64,000 bases of DNA from Basidiobolus meristosporus CBS 931.73 (Eukaryota > Fungi > Basidiobolomycota), in contig MCFE01000143.1 in assembly GCA_002104905.1 (NCBI GenBank), positions 62,001-126,000 on the forward strand, in the 5' to 3' direction. The notes below the pieces were generated by a model that had not been told where the DNA came from, searched no databases, and worked only from the letters and a program-made list of their open reading frames with translations. The stretch's first letter is position 1; every line of letters starts with the position of its first letter. Below are positions 12,120-25,929 of the stretch, piece after piece. Both the position numbers and the translations under genes were made by a program.

Positions 12120-14149
12120 GTGCCAATGAGAGGGAAAGAGAAAATGCTTTAACAATCGATGATAACCAACAAAGGAGGTACCCAAGACCCAACAAAGGCA
12201 ACAGCCACCTGTTTTGCAACTACTGCAAAAGGAAAGAACACACATCAGACAGGTGTCACAAAAAGTGAGATTATCAGCAAAAGAAGCCTGAGTATTGAAA
12301 TGCTGCAACGACTGAAGATAGACTATTCATATCTGCACTAAATATGACCACAAACAAGGATTCTCAGAAGTGGTGCATTGACTCCAGAGCATCTCAACAC
12401 TTTACACACCAAAAAGAACATTTTACCAATATCAAGAAATTCCAAATAATAAGGTTTTCATGGATGACAATAGAACACTTGATGCAGTGAGAGAAGGAAC
12501 TATCCATGTAAACCTTAGAAGCAGTGAAGAAAGCCACACACTGACCTTTAAAGAAGTACTCTTTATACCAGAAATAGCCCAAATTACTATATCAATGAAG
12601 GTACAAGCTTAGCCCATGCCTATTTGGTCCATATTGGTGAGTCCCAGACTGTAAAAGAGGCCCTAAATAGCCCTCAGACAAGGTTTGAAGATCTGCAATG
12701 GCTGAGGAATATCAGGCTTTGATGGAAAATCAAACTTGGGACTTTGTCAAAATACCATCAACTAAAAATCAGTTGGATGCAGATGGGTCTTTAAGTCAAA
12801 GTATAAAGCTGATGGTACAATGGAAAGATACAAAGCAAGACTTGTGGACAAAGAATACTCTCAAACAAAAGGACTTGACTATACTGAGACCTTTGCACCA
12901 GTTGCCAAGTTTAATTCCATCAGATTGATATTGGCTATTGCAGCCAAAATAAATTTTTTATACATCAAATGGATGTAAAAACTGCATTTGCAAATGGAGA
13001 ACTTGATGAGGACATATATATGCACCAGCCTGATGCATTTTTTGGCCACAATAACCCCCATTTGGTCTGCCAGCTTAAAAAATCTCTCTATGGTCTCAAG
13101 CAATCACCAAGAGCCTGGAATTGCAAGATAGATTTGCATTTTTGGAATCTTTGAGTTTCAAGAGGAGTAATGCTGTCTATAGTTTATAATATAAGCCAGA
13201 TAGAGCAAGTGCAGTTCTATTAGCTCTAAATGTGGATGGTTTTATTGTAGCCACCAATAATGTAGCAACATTGGAAGAGACTAAATCCAGCCTATCTAAA
13301 GAGTTCAAGATGTCCAACCAAGGAGAACTCAGTTTATACTTAGGGATTAAGTTCTCCATAGACAGAAGTACCCTGGCTATCACCCTAAGTTAATCCAAGT
13401 CTATTCAAGATATACTAAAGAAGTACCAAATGGAAGACTGTAAACTGGCAGCTACCCCAATGGAGACAAACCTTAACTTGGTCAAAACTCAATCAAATCA
13501 AGAGAGCTTGGTGCCATCTGAAAGCCCTGACTTTCCTTATCAATCTATGGTTGGGGGTCTGATGTATATCATACTTGGAATATGTCCAGATATCTCATAT
13601 TCAGTGGGAGTTGTCAACCAACATTATAAGAACTATGGATCTGATCATATTGTAGCAGTTGAGTGGATTTTTAGATACCTAAAAGGAGCTGCTGAGATCT
13701 GCTTAAGATACACTTATAAGTACTCAGAACAGAATTTTGTGGGATACTCTGATGCTGATTAGGGACAAAACATGGAAGACAGAAGATCTACCACAGGATA
13801 CAGCTTACTTTACTGTAAAGGAGCAATCTCATAGAAATCACAAAAGCAACAAACCATAACCCTTTCCACCACAGAGGCGGAGTATATGGTTGCCTGTGAA
13901 GCTACAAAAAAAACAATGCGGTTAAGAAAGCTTTGTGCAGATTTAGGCCTATGTCAAAAAACACCTATTACTTTATTTCAAGATAATCAAGGATGTATAC
14001 AATTAGGTCGAAATTCAACTTTTCATGCTGGAACCAAGTACATAGATATTAGACATCACTTCATACATGAAGCTATAGAGAATAATTTGGTCAGCTTAGT
14101 ATTCTGTCCTTCAGATGAAATGATTGCTGACATATTCACCAAACCATAG
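12120..14149 (+). mobile_element. copia family A fragment (gag C-terminus/protease joined to RT-RNase H by an internal deletion)
   Basis: CNYCKRKEHTSDRC knuckle and protease start, then a jump at 12570-12579 into the pre-RT region. Degenerate RT/RNase H ends at ADIFTKP* (14149). Confidence 0.85.
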
Positions 14150-14170
14150 TTGTATATGTAACACTATATC

Positions 14171-14459
14171 CCCTATAAAAAATATCTTGGTCCCTTAGGT
14201 GGATCCAATCCAGATCAGCCATCAGGATCCCACTGTGAAGCCATTATAATGCTAGCAGCGATGAATTATTGACCCACTTGCATGGTGGGATCATGACAGC
14301 ATTTAACTGACATTACTGCCAACTAAAGCAAGAAACTTGATAGTATTTAAATAGCTGTATGGTAAGAATATCATAGCAAACTCTACATCTATTGTGGCAG
14401 ACCTATGCAGCCAATATATCTAATTAACTCAAATGGTAAAAATCTTGACAGTGTTTCAC
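14171..14459 (-). mobile_element. CACTA/En-Spm-like element right-end fragment
   Basis: CCCTATAAAAAATATCTTGGTCC followed by the gatccaatccagatcagccatcaggatcc subterminal block, also found at 27212, 33963 (inverted), 43708 and 54866 (inverted). Confidence 0.6.
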
Positions 14460-17400
14460 TGTTGTAAAAGTTTATAATTCCACCTAAATATTCAACTAAC
14501 TTAGTAACTAGGATCTTTACCTACAAATCTTTGAGAATACTGATCACATTCCCTGTTGGGATTAGCTAGGAATATTTTTACCAAAATACATATGAGGTAC
14601 CCAGAACTTGAAAATTCTCAAAGATGTCCAAGCAGCCCTAAACTTTGCACACATGTTCTTGGAATCTTCCTAAACCTATTCTACATGTTTGCCTTGCCTA
14701 CAAAATGTAGAGTATAAATAATACTTTTTTCTTCAATAAATCATTGAGTGAAAGTCACTGAGTCTAGTTGCTCTCCTAATCCCTTCCTATATCTTGAAGA
14801 CTCTTACTGCAGGTTATGAGCCCCAAGCTGTCACTCTCTGCAATGTCTAATACTGCTATTACTTGATTATCTTCCTCTGCTGAAAAGCTGTATAGATTGA
14901 ACTACCAAGTGTAGAAGGTGAAGATGAAGCTGCTGCTACAATAAAGGGATCTTTGAGATATTGTTGTGGGAGAAGAAGGTCCTCTTGAAAATGCAGGAGA
15001 GAAAGCCTTAGAGTACCAGACAAAAGACCAAAGTGTTTAAGCCATCTTTGCCTTGATAATAAAAACAAGTTGCTAACTCAATGCTCAAGAGCAAACATGA
15101 CAAAAATGCAAGGAAGGCACTTGAAGACACATACCAGTCATGTCCAGCTGCAAAGAAAATGCATCTTACATATAAGTTCTTTACTACATAGATGCTAGCA
15201 GATGAAGAAATGGAAAATATAGGTAACAGAATAGCCCTATTGGTGGATGAGATGGGATCTGCAGGTGTACCAAATACTGATGAGGATGTTGCAATTTAAG
15301 AAGTGATTTGGATGCAAGGAACTTATCAAGAAATAGTGATAATAGTTGAACTGTTGTTTATTAGTAAAGAAGCGCAGTATTTATACCTTTGTAGAAGTAA
15401 TACAGCTGTAACACAAAGTAGGAAGGGTTTCTCAATATTCAGGAGCATTCTGTAACAGTTTCAGGGTTAGTACATAATGTTTGGTAATAATGCTAATTTG
15501 ATCCTGACTATAGGGGAATAATCATAAGATCATATATCTGGAGAAAGTGGCGAAGTTAAGGCAGTAAATGAGTCCTACAGTGACTAAGACTAGTCTAGAA
15601 TTGTTAAGTAAATTTTTAGCTGCTGAATGATACCAAATAGTCCAATATTTCAACACTCCCCCTCAACTAAATAATTCCTGAATCCTAATTCCTCCCTGAG
15701 ATTCTCAAATTGTGGCATAGCTAGTGGTTTTGTCAATATATCTTTTGGTCCATATTTGAGCTGTTTTCATCTATAACTGGCTGAGATTTGCTTAATTTCA
15801 AGTTATTGCCCATAGGGGTTGCTGCAGGTTAGCAATTTTCCATTTTGAAGCTTCCAAGAATGTCCCTGATGTACTTAGACTGATTCAGCACAATTTTCTG
15901 CGTAGGTATGTCAAATTTGACCTCAATTCCAAGAAAATAGCTCAATTTTCCAAGATCTTTCATCTAAAACTTGCTGAACAGATCTGATTTTGTCTGTTTA
16001 AGTGCCGCTTGGTCACTTGTAGCTATAATTAGGTTGTCCACATAAAGAACTAGGATGATCACACCCTTTTTGAGCTGTTTAACATATATACTCTGAAGTG
16101 CAGTGCTACAAGAGAACCCAATTTCCTCTAGGTATGTGTCAATCTTGTTATACCATGCTCTAGGTGCCTGCTTAAGCCCAAACAACAATTTTCTAAGTTT
16201 GCACACCTTATGGGGGTCTTTTGGATTGGTAAAACCTTCTAGTTGCTCCATATATACTGTTACTTGCACATCCCCATTTAGAAAGGCTGTTTTGACGTCC
16301 ATTTGGTGTAGATCTAGACTGTGTACAGCTGCCAGGGCTAGGACTGTCCTAACAGAGTTAAGCTTGGCAACCAGAGCAAATGTTTCCTTAAAGTCTAGTC
16401 CCTGGATCTGGGTATAACCTTTATCTACCAATGTAGCCTTGTAGTTATCAACGGCACCATTTGAGGCTATCTTGATCTTCTAGACCCATGTACATCCTAT
16501 TGACTTTCTCCCATCTGGTAAATCTACCAGTTCTCACATTTGTACCTTGATCAGTGATAGGTACTCCTCTTGCATGGCTTGTTGCCACTTAGTAGCATAT
16601 GGACTTTGCATTGCCTGTTCCAGATTTGGAGGTTTGGCACATAAGGCAAGATAAGCTTCTTCATGATCATTGGATGTCTGCCACCAGGATCCAGGGGGAT
16701 TTCTTATTCTGGTAGATCTCCTAACTGGAATAATCTGTTCTAATCTGGAACTGGTAGAAGTATCTTCTGTATCTGGCTGGATATGGTACATGTCTTCTTC
16801 ATTAGTGTTGATTGCATCATCAGGCAGCTGGCCAATGATTTCAGTGGCTTTCTGATCTGAATTCTCCTCAAATACAACGTCCCTGCTCTTGATCAGCTTC
16901 TGAATTTTGCCATCATACACTTTACACGCTTTAGTATCTTCACAATACCCAAGAAAGATCCCTTTCCTACTCTTTGGTTCCAACTTTGAGTGTTTTTTGT
17001 CAGGGATGTGATAAAAAACATCACTGCCAAAGATCTTGAGGTGCTGGAGATCCAGTTTTTTGCCTGTATATGCTTCAAAGGGTGTAGAATTGCGTAGTGC
17101 TGTTGTTGGGCATCTGTTCTTGATGTATGCAGCAGTAGTAACAGATTCAGCCCAAAACTTGTAGTCAATTCCCTTATTAGGTAGCATGGATCTTTCCATA
17201 TCTACTATTGTTCTATTTGCATGTTCTGCTACTCCATTTTGCTGTGGAGTATGAGGAACAGTGGTCTGTTGAAGTATACCAGTAGATGAGCAGTATTTTG
17301 CAAACTCTTTTGAGCAATATTCCTCTCCATTGTCACTTTGTAGCACCTTCAATTTACACCCAGTTTGTGTTTCTGTCATGTTCCTGAAGTGTTTAAATGT

Positions 17401-19700
17401 CTCTGAAGCTTCATTCTTTGCTTAGAGGAAGTACACCCAAGTATATCTTGTTTTGTCATCAATTAACGTCATAAAGTATCTCTTGGCTCTAAAGGACAGT
17501 GTTCTCATGGGACAATATATGGCTGAGTGTACAGTAGCCAGTATTTTGGTGGTATTGATGCCTCCTGAGCTCTTGAAACGTTACCCAGCTTGTTTGCCAT
17601 ATGAACATCCCTCTCAGACATTCAATTTGATTGGAATTGTGTAATTTAGGCCCAAAACTAGTTGATTTTTCACCAATTGGCTCATTTTCTGTTGCCCTAT
17701 GTGTTGTAGCCTCCTATGCCACATCTCCCAGCTGGTTTTATCAGTTTCAGCAATGTTGACATGCTCAGGTACAATGATCTTGCATTGTAACTTGTATATA
17801 TTGTGATCTCTGATTCCCAAAGCTAATTTTTGCCCATTTAAACTCAATATTGAGCAGCTCAGCTTAATAAAAACAAATTTCAGTCCCTGAGTAGTTGCTT
17901 TACTGACTGAGAGTAGGTTCTTAGCTATTCCAGGTACATAGAGTATGTCAGTCAGTTTTGCTGTTGTTGCCCCTGAGTTATCACTCATATTTAGTTGTAT
18001 AGCCCACTGGTGGTAGCTTCCAATGCAGAGTTATCTCCCAGATAAACCTTTCTTACGGGAATAGTCTTTAAGTTGCTGAACTAATCCTTTATACCACAAA
18101 TATGCTGTGATGCTACAGAGTCAGTATACCATTCTTTACTTTGGTTACTTGCACTCTCTTGTATGGTTACAAATAACTGTTCATCAGTAGTTATACTGTT
18201 TGCCTGCTCTTGTTTCTGTTTTTGTCTGCTTGTTTTTTCTTGCATTCTCTTGCCCAGTTTCCTGGCTTTTTACAATAGTTGCAGCAACCAGGTTTTCTTT
18301 GGTTTTGTTGTTTTCCCTTCTTTTCTGAGTGCCTTTCTGAGCTGAATAAAGCATTATCTTCAATTTTCTCTGCTTGATCATTATGTCTGAGTTCTTCATG
18401 GAGCAGTCTTCCTTTGACATAGTCAAAAGTCAAGTTGTCTTCTCTGCCTTCAAAAGAAAGTATGAGTGGCTCATACTTGTCTGGTAGGCTGCAAAGCAGA
18501 CAGAGTATATTTTCTTCATCATCTACACCAGCATTAATACTGTAAAGTTCTTCTGCAAGTGTCTCCATTCTGGTAATGAGGTGTAGCATGTAATCATCTG
18601 GCTTCTTCCTCTTGTTGAAGAACTTTTGTTTCAAATAAAGCTTGCTTGATACTGACTTTGCTCTAAAGATCTTCTCTAAGGATTCCCATGCTGCTTTGGC
18701 AGTATTTGAGGCATGGATTTGTCCAATGAAGGAGTCTTGCACATTGATTCATATGACATGGATGGCCTTTCTCTCCTTCTCTTGAAACTTCTCCACATCT
18801 TTTGCTGTTCCTTTGGGCTCAACTTCCTTTCCTGTTACTATGTTCCAAAGCTTTCTTTCCTCAAGGTGGATCTGCATCTTGATTCTCCAAAGTCTGTAGT
18901 TCTTCCCATCATACCTCTCCTTTACTGGGAAGATGTTGGTATTACTCTGTTTGCTGGTAGAAGTCATCTTTAGAATAGATTAAGGCAATTGGGGCTCATA
19001 ACCTGTGGCAATTTAAGAAGTGATTGGGACATAAGGATCTTATCAAGAAATAGTCATAATAGTTGAACTGTTGATTATTAGTACAGAAGCTCAGTATTTA
19101 TACCTTTGTAGAAGTAATACAGCTGTAACACAAAGTAGGGAGGGTTTCTCAATATTCAGGAGCATTCTGTAACAGTTTCAGGGTTAGTACATAATGTTTG
19201 GTAATAATGCTAATTTGATCCTGACTATAGGGGAATAATCATAAGATCATATATCTGGAGAAAGTGGCGAAGTTAAGGCAGTAAATGAGTCCTACAGTGA
19301 CTAAGACTAGTATAGAATTGTTAAGTAAATTTTTAGCTGCTGAATGATACCAAATAGTCCAATATTTCAACAGAGGATGTGATAGTTACCATCTTCAATA
19401 GCCTGACAAAGGAGCTTCAGGGTCTTGTATCAGCACTAGAGTCCAGAACTGAAGTTTTTACCTAAAATTACATATATGGAAGACTCCTGAATCTAAAATT
19501 AACAAAATCAGGTGCTAACAACAAGGAAGAAGTAATGCTTCAATAAGCAGTGATAACCAACAAAGGAGGGACTCAAGACCTTTCAATGGCATCAGCAACC
19601 TATTTTGCAACTACTGCAAAAGAAAATGACATATTACAGACCAATGCCTACTAAAGAGAGATAATGCACTAAAGAAGCCTGAATATTGAAATATTAATAA
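14460..19700 (+). mobile_element. copia family A 5' portion (LTR 14460-14811, PBS 14812-14824, decayed gag) interrupted by copia E
   Basis: The gag reading ...PNTDED|VIVTIFNSL... resumes at 19378 after the inserted element. Confidence 0.85.
15287..19372 (-). mobile_element. Ty1/copia family E, both LTRs present, 5-bp TSD GAGGA
   Basis: LTRs 15287-15655 and 19004-19372 (369 bp), PBS GGTTATGAGCCCC, PPT ttagttgagggggag. gag 18191-18967, integrase 16534-17379, RT 15964-16431; RNase H is largely deleted near 15750. TSD at 15282-15286 and 19373-19377. Confidence 0.95.
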
Positions 19701-19704
19701 ATCC

Positions 19705-21435
19705 TTGGAATATTCAAGTGTGTTTTCTTGAGCACTGCTCTTGAAGAATTGCTGCTACCTCTTGGTGTGCCTATTAATGTTCCAAGATCCCACTGTAGGT
19801 ACTGTATTAACCTTTTGAGTCCTCAATGTTACTACTTTATCTGTCAGTGGGATCTACACTCTGCCAACAATGGAGCCCATGGAGGCTGTGGTAAACAAAT
19901 TGCCTTTCTCAGCAAACTCATATACCTTACTGGAGTGTAGCACAGCTGGCTCAGCTTCCAATTCCTGTGAAATAAGCTGCTTTCTTGTCAGTAATTCTAT
20001 AGAGCTGTGGCTTTTTTCTCCTACATCCCTGTCTCTGGCTTGGGTAGACTTTTCTCTGTTGACCTTTACTTTTATAACTGCCAGCTCCATCACTGTTACT
20101 TTGTCTGAGTACTTCATGTATTGAACTACATGGTGCTTAGCTAATTTCACTGCTCAATAAGGTTGAGAAACTTGACAGGGTCTAATTGGTGTTGAGTATT
20201 AATTGCGTGGCATTGTTGCGGTCTTAATACGCTCTACAGCTATTTTAAATGGATCTAACTGGCCATTACATCCTGTTGCCTTATATGGCAAGATATATGA
20301 CTGTCTCTTGATGGCCTCATTGCAAGTCTCTGATGGCATTATTACGGCAATATTGCAGCCTACAGCTGGCTCTGTACAATGCCACTATGCCAATTTACCA
20401 AATGATACTTACTTTTTCTACCTCCCCTTGTGCAACTCATGTTTCACTGCACAATCACCCATCTTTATTTGCTAACACACTACGACCTTGGGTATTCCAC
20501 ATATGGTTTGAATAAAAAAAAACTCTGGCCTTCTGCTTACTAACCTCTGCAAATGTGCACACCTGCCATAATTGACATACTTCCATCACATGAAGCTTAC
20601 AGCTTTTTAGTATGATACTTGCAAAGTTACATATGAAAAAATACAAATCCAGTTCATCCAATCTTTGCAATTGTATTGTTGCAAATGAGTATGAATATTT
20701 ATTGGAACCTGTGAGAAGTACTTATGGTAGCAGATTCACTGTATTATCTTGCCAATTCTTTGAAGTATCTTTGGTATCCTGAAGGGTTCATCTAGCTTGA
20801 AATGCACCCTATACAACTTGCTCATCAGTATAGGGATATTTTTAAAAAGCAAATGCAGTACTCCCAGTGGAAAGCTGTTGCTCCAACAAATGTCCTCTAT
20901 CTTAAGTATTTCTGGTTTCTGCTTGATTCTATATTCCAGCTGATGGCTTGTAGCTTGCCAACTTTGCTGCAGTTGCATGCTGACTCCTGTACCTTCTCTC
21001 TGTGGGAAGATGATGTTCTGGGTGTTGGTGTTTGGGTAATAATAATGTTTGTGAGTTATGGAATAAATCACCTGGATCTTACACATCTGACAGTAATAAC
21101 ATTCATTGTACCTGGAAAAACCTGTTATCTTGCTGATGGCTGGAGTATCTCCAAATGCAGATAATTATATGTGCTTTTATATAGCAGCAATTAATTGTTA
21201 TCCTACTGGAAAACATATATAATTTGTCTAGCAATGGAGACAGATAGCAATCCAGGTTGGATAGTGATATGGGCCCAGATACCTGTGTGACTGCAATCAT
21301 ATTTTTGCTCTGATACTGTAAGATGTGCAGCAGATTAAGGTTCATGAGAATAAGTGGCCAGCAGGATTTGCTGGTAGAGTACTTGTTTAATGAGAATCCA
21401 TCAAGTGGTAAGACAGAGGAATGGTTATACATACC
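19705..21435 (-). mobile_element. Decayed CACTA (tnp2) element fragment plus ORF2 fragment
   Basis: SGPISLSNLDCYLSPLLDKL and SFPLGVLHLLF match the tnp2-like pieces at 31808-32506; 19705-20125 matches the ORF2 region at 27960-28400. Confidence 0.75.
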
Positions 21436-21530
21436 TGTTACAAGTCTTAGTATAAAAGTTGTAGAGGAATAGGGAGTTTAGCTAGTATTCTGTTTGCTAA
21501 AACTTGAACTGATTCTTACTGAGGTTCCAG

Positions 21531-24500
21531 TGTTATGATCTGCCGCTTAAATGTTTAAGTTAGATCAGTTTTTAGTCAAATCAATTAGTATATGTTTAGG
21601 TTATCAGTATATCAGTATTATCTATGAAATCAGTAGCATTAGTCAGCAAATGAATCAGCAGATCCTTATCAGACAGAAATAGATACATTAATTAGGATCT
21701 TATTGGGTGATGATGATGCAATCAAATGAGTCATCAGCCACAACCTACATTAGGAAATACAATTAGTCAGCAATTGATCTGGCAAAATGTATAAAAGGAG
21801 CTGCTGGAACCTCAATAAAAATCAGTTCAAGTTTTAGTGAATACAATACTAGCTAAACTCCCTATTCCTCTACAACTCTTATACCAAGACTTGTAACAGA
21901 AGATCAATGACTATGAAGAAGACCTGCAGGCTTATATACTTGGGAACTGCAAGTTTGACCTTGTACTTGGGAAAACCTGGCTATTTTGTCGTAATCCATC
22001 AATCAACTGGAGAACCCATGCTACTCAGATCCAAAAAGACATCAAGACCTATGAGCTATTACCTGCCAGGCTGGATTTCAACTTGGTCAATTCCAGTGTG
22101 TGTGAGACAAGTGAACTTAGCAAGACCCAGTTCTGTAGAGCACTTAGAAAAGGTACCCAAATGTTCCTCATGGCGGTATTACAGGTGGATTCCTCTACCC
22201 CGGCACCCCAGCAGGTCCAGACTCTCTTGAAGAAATATTCAGACGTGTTTCCAGATGAGCTTGTAAGCCTACCACCAGGCAGAGACGTGGATCAAGCCAT
22301 TGACACAGGAGATAGCCCTCCAGTGAGCAAGACACCTTACAGAATGAGTCCATTGGAATTGGAGGAAATGAAGAGACAAATTGATCAGCTATTAGAGCAA
22401 GGATACATCAGGCCCAGCAAGTCACCCTGGGGAGCACCAGTGCTTTTTGTGAAAAAGAAGGATGGAACACTTAGGATGTGCATTGACTACAGAGCCCTGA
22501 ACTCAGTTACCGTCAAGAATAAGTACCCCATACCTTGGATTGATGAGCTTTTGGACCAACTTAATGGAGCCACTATTTTCAGCAAGATTGACCTCATGTC
22601 AGGATACAACCAGATTAGGGTGAAACCAGAAGATATCCCTAAGACAGCATTCAGGACCAGATATGGACATTATGAGTACTTAGTCATGAGTTTTGGCCTC
22701 ACTAATGCCCCTGCAACATTCATGACGCTGATGCAGACTGTCTTTCAGGAGTACTTAGACAAGTTTGTGATAATCTACCTGGATGACATATTGATATACA
22801 GCAAGACAGAAAAGGATCACATGGTACACATTGAAAAGGTCTTGAAGAAACTAAGAGAGAACAAGCTCTATGGCAAGCTAGCCAAGTGTGAATTCTTCAA
22901 GGAACACGTAGAATATCTGGGACACATAGTGACTAGCACAGGAGTAACCTTAGACCCCAAGAAGGTGGAAGTAATCAAGAATTTGAAGCAGCCCCATAGC
23001 ATATCAGAACTCAGATCCTTCCTTGGAATGGTTTCCTATTATCAGAGATTTGTCAAGTCATTTGCAAGTATTGCAGCCCCTTTAACTGATATCCTCAAGA
23101 AAGACAATAACTACAAGTGGGACATAGCTTGTGAGACTGCCTTCCAGACGCTAAAGAATGAACTTGCTAAGCTGCCAAGCTTAAGAATACCAGACTTCAG
23201 AAAAGAGCTCACTCTATGCACAGATGCTTCAGATTATGCAATTGGTGGAGTGCTGAGCCAAGAACACAAGGGAAAGGACTACCCTGTTGCCTTTGAATCC
23301 AAGAAACTGAACTCAGCAGAACAAAACTATCCAGTCCATGAGAAGGAGATGCTTGCTATAATACACTGTTTGAAGACATGGAGATGCTATATTGAAGGTG
23401 TCAAATGCACTGTGAAGACTGATCATGCCTCCCTCAAGTATATATTTACTCAGAAGGTACTCTCTAGAAGAATGACAAGATGGAGTGAATACATTCAGCA
23501 ATTTGACCTGAAGATTGTCTACTGCCCTGGAAAAAACAACACGGTTGCTGATGCCTTATCAAGATTAGATCAAGTTGCACAACTCAACTTGGTGCATGAA
23601 TCAGATTGGCCTAGCCTATTACCAAAGTACTTGGAGGACCAAGCCATTCCTAATGAGGTGGATGAAGATATCAAGAAGATAATCCGTGATGAAGCCAGCA
23701 AATTTGTTGTACAGGATGAAACACTCTACCAAATTGTTGATGGAAGCCCTATTGCCTATTGTCCTTATGTTGCTTGCCTGGATTTTATACATAAGCTACA
23801 CAATGGATATGGACATCTTGGGATTGAAGGAACCTATAGCCTTGTGAAAGCAAGAGCATGGTGGCCCAGAATGAAACAAGATATTGAGAAGCTAGTGAAA
23901 ACATGCCCAAACTGCCAAATCAATCAAGGCCAGCCACAAAGAATTGCCAAACTCTTCCCTTTGGAGCCTGTAAGACCATTTGAGAGATGGGGAATTGACT
24001 TTATTGGAAGACTGCCAACTACCAGGAAATGCAACCGTTGGATCCTAGTAGCAATTGACCATGCCACTAAATGGCCAGTTGCTAAAGCTGTACCAATAGC
24101 CAGTGAACAAGAAGTTGCAAGTTTCATTTACCATGAGATCCTGATGAAATTTGGATGCCCTGTGGAGATCTTATCTGATAGAGGAGCAAACTTTATGGCA
24201 AAGACATTAGAGGCTTACCTGGAAATGCAGCAGATCAGACACTTGAAAACCTTGGCATATCACTCCAGAACTAATGGAGTCACTGAGCAGTTTAATGGTT
24301 TATTTGGAAAAATGCTGACCAAGTATGCAAATGGAGTTGTCAGTAGATGGGATGAGTATATAGACCAAGCACTCATTGCATGCAGAGTCAGAGTACACAA
24401 CACCACCCAGCAATCACCATTTTACTTAGTTTATGGATGTGAACCAAGGATTCCAGGAGTTCTCACACAACCAAAGCTTACAGACACCTTAGAAGATGAA

Positions 24501-25250
24501 CTCAGTCATCCAAGTAGACACCAGCAACTGGAACAAAGATGTCAAGAGGCACAGACCAAAGTATCTCAAAGTGCAGAAAAGATGAAGCAGAGATTTGATA
24601 AGACTATAGCACCAGAAGCATTGACAGTTGCAAACTTTGTATTGCTAAGAAACAACACTTGGAAGAAGTTTGAGCCACAATGGACAGGACCATTCAAGAT
24701 CATCAGAGAATGTCCATTTGCAACTTGCCAACTGGTGGACATACAAGGTAATATCCGGGAAGACTTAGTGCATAGGGACAGACTCAAGCGTGTAAGACTT
24801 GCTGATAATACCGGACCATCAAGATATTGGAATCACAAGAAAAGAGATTCAGGAGAACCCTCTCAACCTTAGTAGGGGAGAATGTTATGATCTGCCGCTT
24901 GAATGTTTAAGTTAGATCAGTGTTTAGTCAAATCAATTAGTATATGTTTAGGCTATCAGTATATCAGTATTATCTATGAAATCAGTAGCATTAGTCAGCA
25001 AATGAATCAGCAGATCCTTATCAGACAGAAATAGATACATTAATTAGGATCTTATTGGGTGATGATGATGCAATCAAATGAGTCATCAGCCACAACCTAC
25101 ATTAGGAAATACAATTAGTCAGCAATTGATCTGGCAAAATGTATATAAGGAGCTGCTGGAACCTCAATAAAAATCAGTTCAAGTTTTAGTGAATACAATA
25201 CTAGCTAAACTCCCTATTCCTCTACAACTCTTATACCAAGACTTGTAACA
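21531..25250 (+). mobile_element. Ty3/gypsy family D, young, 4-bp TSD CCAG, lacking PBS and gag
   Basis: LTRs 21531-21898 and 24883-25250 (368 bp; about 4 differences seen by eye). PPT AGTAGGGGAGAA at 24871-24882. CCAG at 21527-21530 and 25251-25254. Confidence 0.95.
22083..24872 (+). CDS. gypsy D pol, RT-RNase H-integrase (929-aa open frame)
   Basis: [32 protein letters not shown] zinc finger, GIDFIG and GPF motifs. No chromodomain is visible. A protease remnant (FDLVLGK) lies just upstream. Confidence 0.92.
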   Translation: MVNSSVCETSELSKTQFCRALRKGTQMFLMAVLQVDSSTPAPQQVQTLLKKYSDVFPDELVSLPPGRDVDQAIDTGDSPPVSKTPYRMSPLELEEMKRQIDQLLEQGYIRPSKSPWGAPVLFVKKKDGTLRMCIDYRALNSVTVKNKYPIPWIDELLDQLNGATIFSKIDLMSGYNQIRVKPEDIPKTAFRTRYGHYEYLVMSFGLTNAPATFMTLMQTVFQEYLDKFVIIYLDDILIYSKTEKDHMVHIEKVLKKLRENKLYGKLAKCEFFKEHVEYLGHIVTSTGVTLDPKKVEVIKNLKQPHSISELRSFLGMVSYYQRFVKSFASIAAPLTDILKKDNNYKWDIACETAFQTLKNELAKLPSLRIPDFRKELTLCTDASDYAIGGVLSQEHKGKDYPVAFESKKLNSAEQNYPVHEKEMLAIIHCLKTWRCYIEGVKCTVKTDHASLKYIFTQKVLSRRMTRWSEYIQQFDLKIVYCPGKNNTVADALSRLDQVAQLNLVHESDWPSLLPKYLEDQAIPNEVDEDIKKIIRDEASKFVVQDETLYQIVDGSPIAYCPYVACLDFIHKLHNGYGHLGIEGTYSLVKARAWWPRMKQDIEKLVKTCPNCQINQGQPQRIAKLFPLEPVRPFERWGIDFIGRLPTTRKCNRWILVAIDHATKWPVAKAVPIASEQEVASFIYHEILMKFGCPVEILSDRGANFMAKTLEAYLEMQQIRHLKTLAYHSRTNGVTEQFNGLFGKMLTKYANGVVSRWDEYIDQALIACRVRVHNTTQQSPFYLVYGCEPRIPGVLTQPKLTDTLEDELSHPSRHQQLEQRCQEAQTKVSQSAEKMKQRFDKTIAPEALTVANFVLLRNNTWKKFEPQWTGPFKIIRECPFATCQLVDIQGNIREDLVHRDRLKRVRLADNTGPSRYWNHKKRDSGEPSQP

Positions 25251-25396
25251 CCAGTAGCTCCTTATATACATTTTTGCCAGATCAATTGCTGACTAATTGT
25301 ATTTGGTATTGTAGGTTGTGGCTGATGACACATTTGATTGCATTGTTATCACCCAATAAGATCCCACTTAATATATGTATTCCTGTCTGATAAGGA

Positions 25397-25765
25397 TGTT
25401 GCAATTTAAGAAGTGTTTTGGATATAAGGGTTTTATCAAGAGATAGTGAAAATAGTTGAACTGTTGTTTATTAATAAAGAAGCTCAGTATTTATACCTTT
25501 GTAGAAGTAATACAGCTGTAACACAAAGTAGGGAGGGTTTCTCAATATTCAGGAGCATTCTGTAACAGTTTCAGGGTTAGTACATAATGTTTGGTAATAG
25601 TGCTAATTTGATCCTGACTATAGGGGAGTAATCATAAGATCATAGATCTGAAGAAAGTGGCAAAGTTAGAGCTGTAAATTAGTCCCACAATGACCAAGAC
25701 TAGTCCAGAATTGTTAAGTTGATTTTTAGCTGCAGAATGATGCCAAATAGTACACTATTTCAAAA
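25397..25765 (-). mobile_element. Solo LTR of copia family E, 5-bp TSD AAGGA
   Basis: 369 bp homologous to 15287-15655; AAGGA at 25392-25396 and 25766-25770. Confidence 0.92.
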
Positions 25766-25929
25766 AAGGATCTGCTGATTCATCTGCTGACTAATGCTGC
25801 TGATCTGACAGATAACACTGATAAACTGATAGGCTAAGCATATAACTAATTGATTTGACAAAAACTGATCTGACTTAAAAATTCATTTGGTAGCTCATTA
25901 TATATTCAGCTTTATACCTGTAGAATAGC

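Larger units (their letters stand above)
21436..25900 (-). repeat. Old family-D-like solo LTR on the minus strand, split by two later insertions
   Basis: 21436-21530, 25251-25396 and 25766-~25900 together form the reverse complement of the D LTR. The end coordinate is approximate. Confidence 0.8.
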
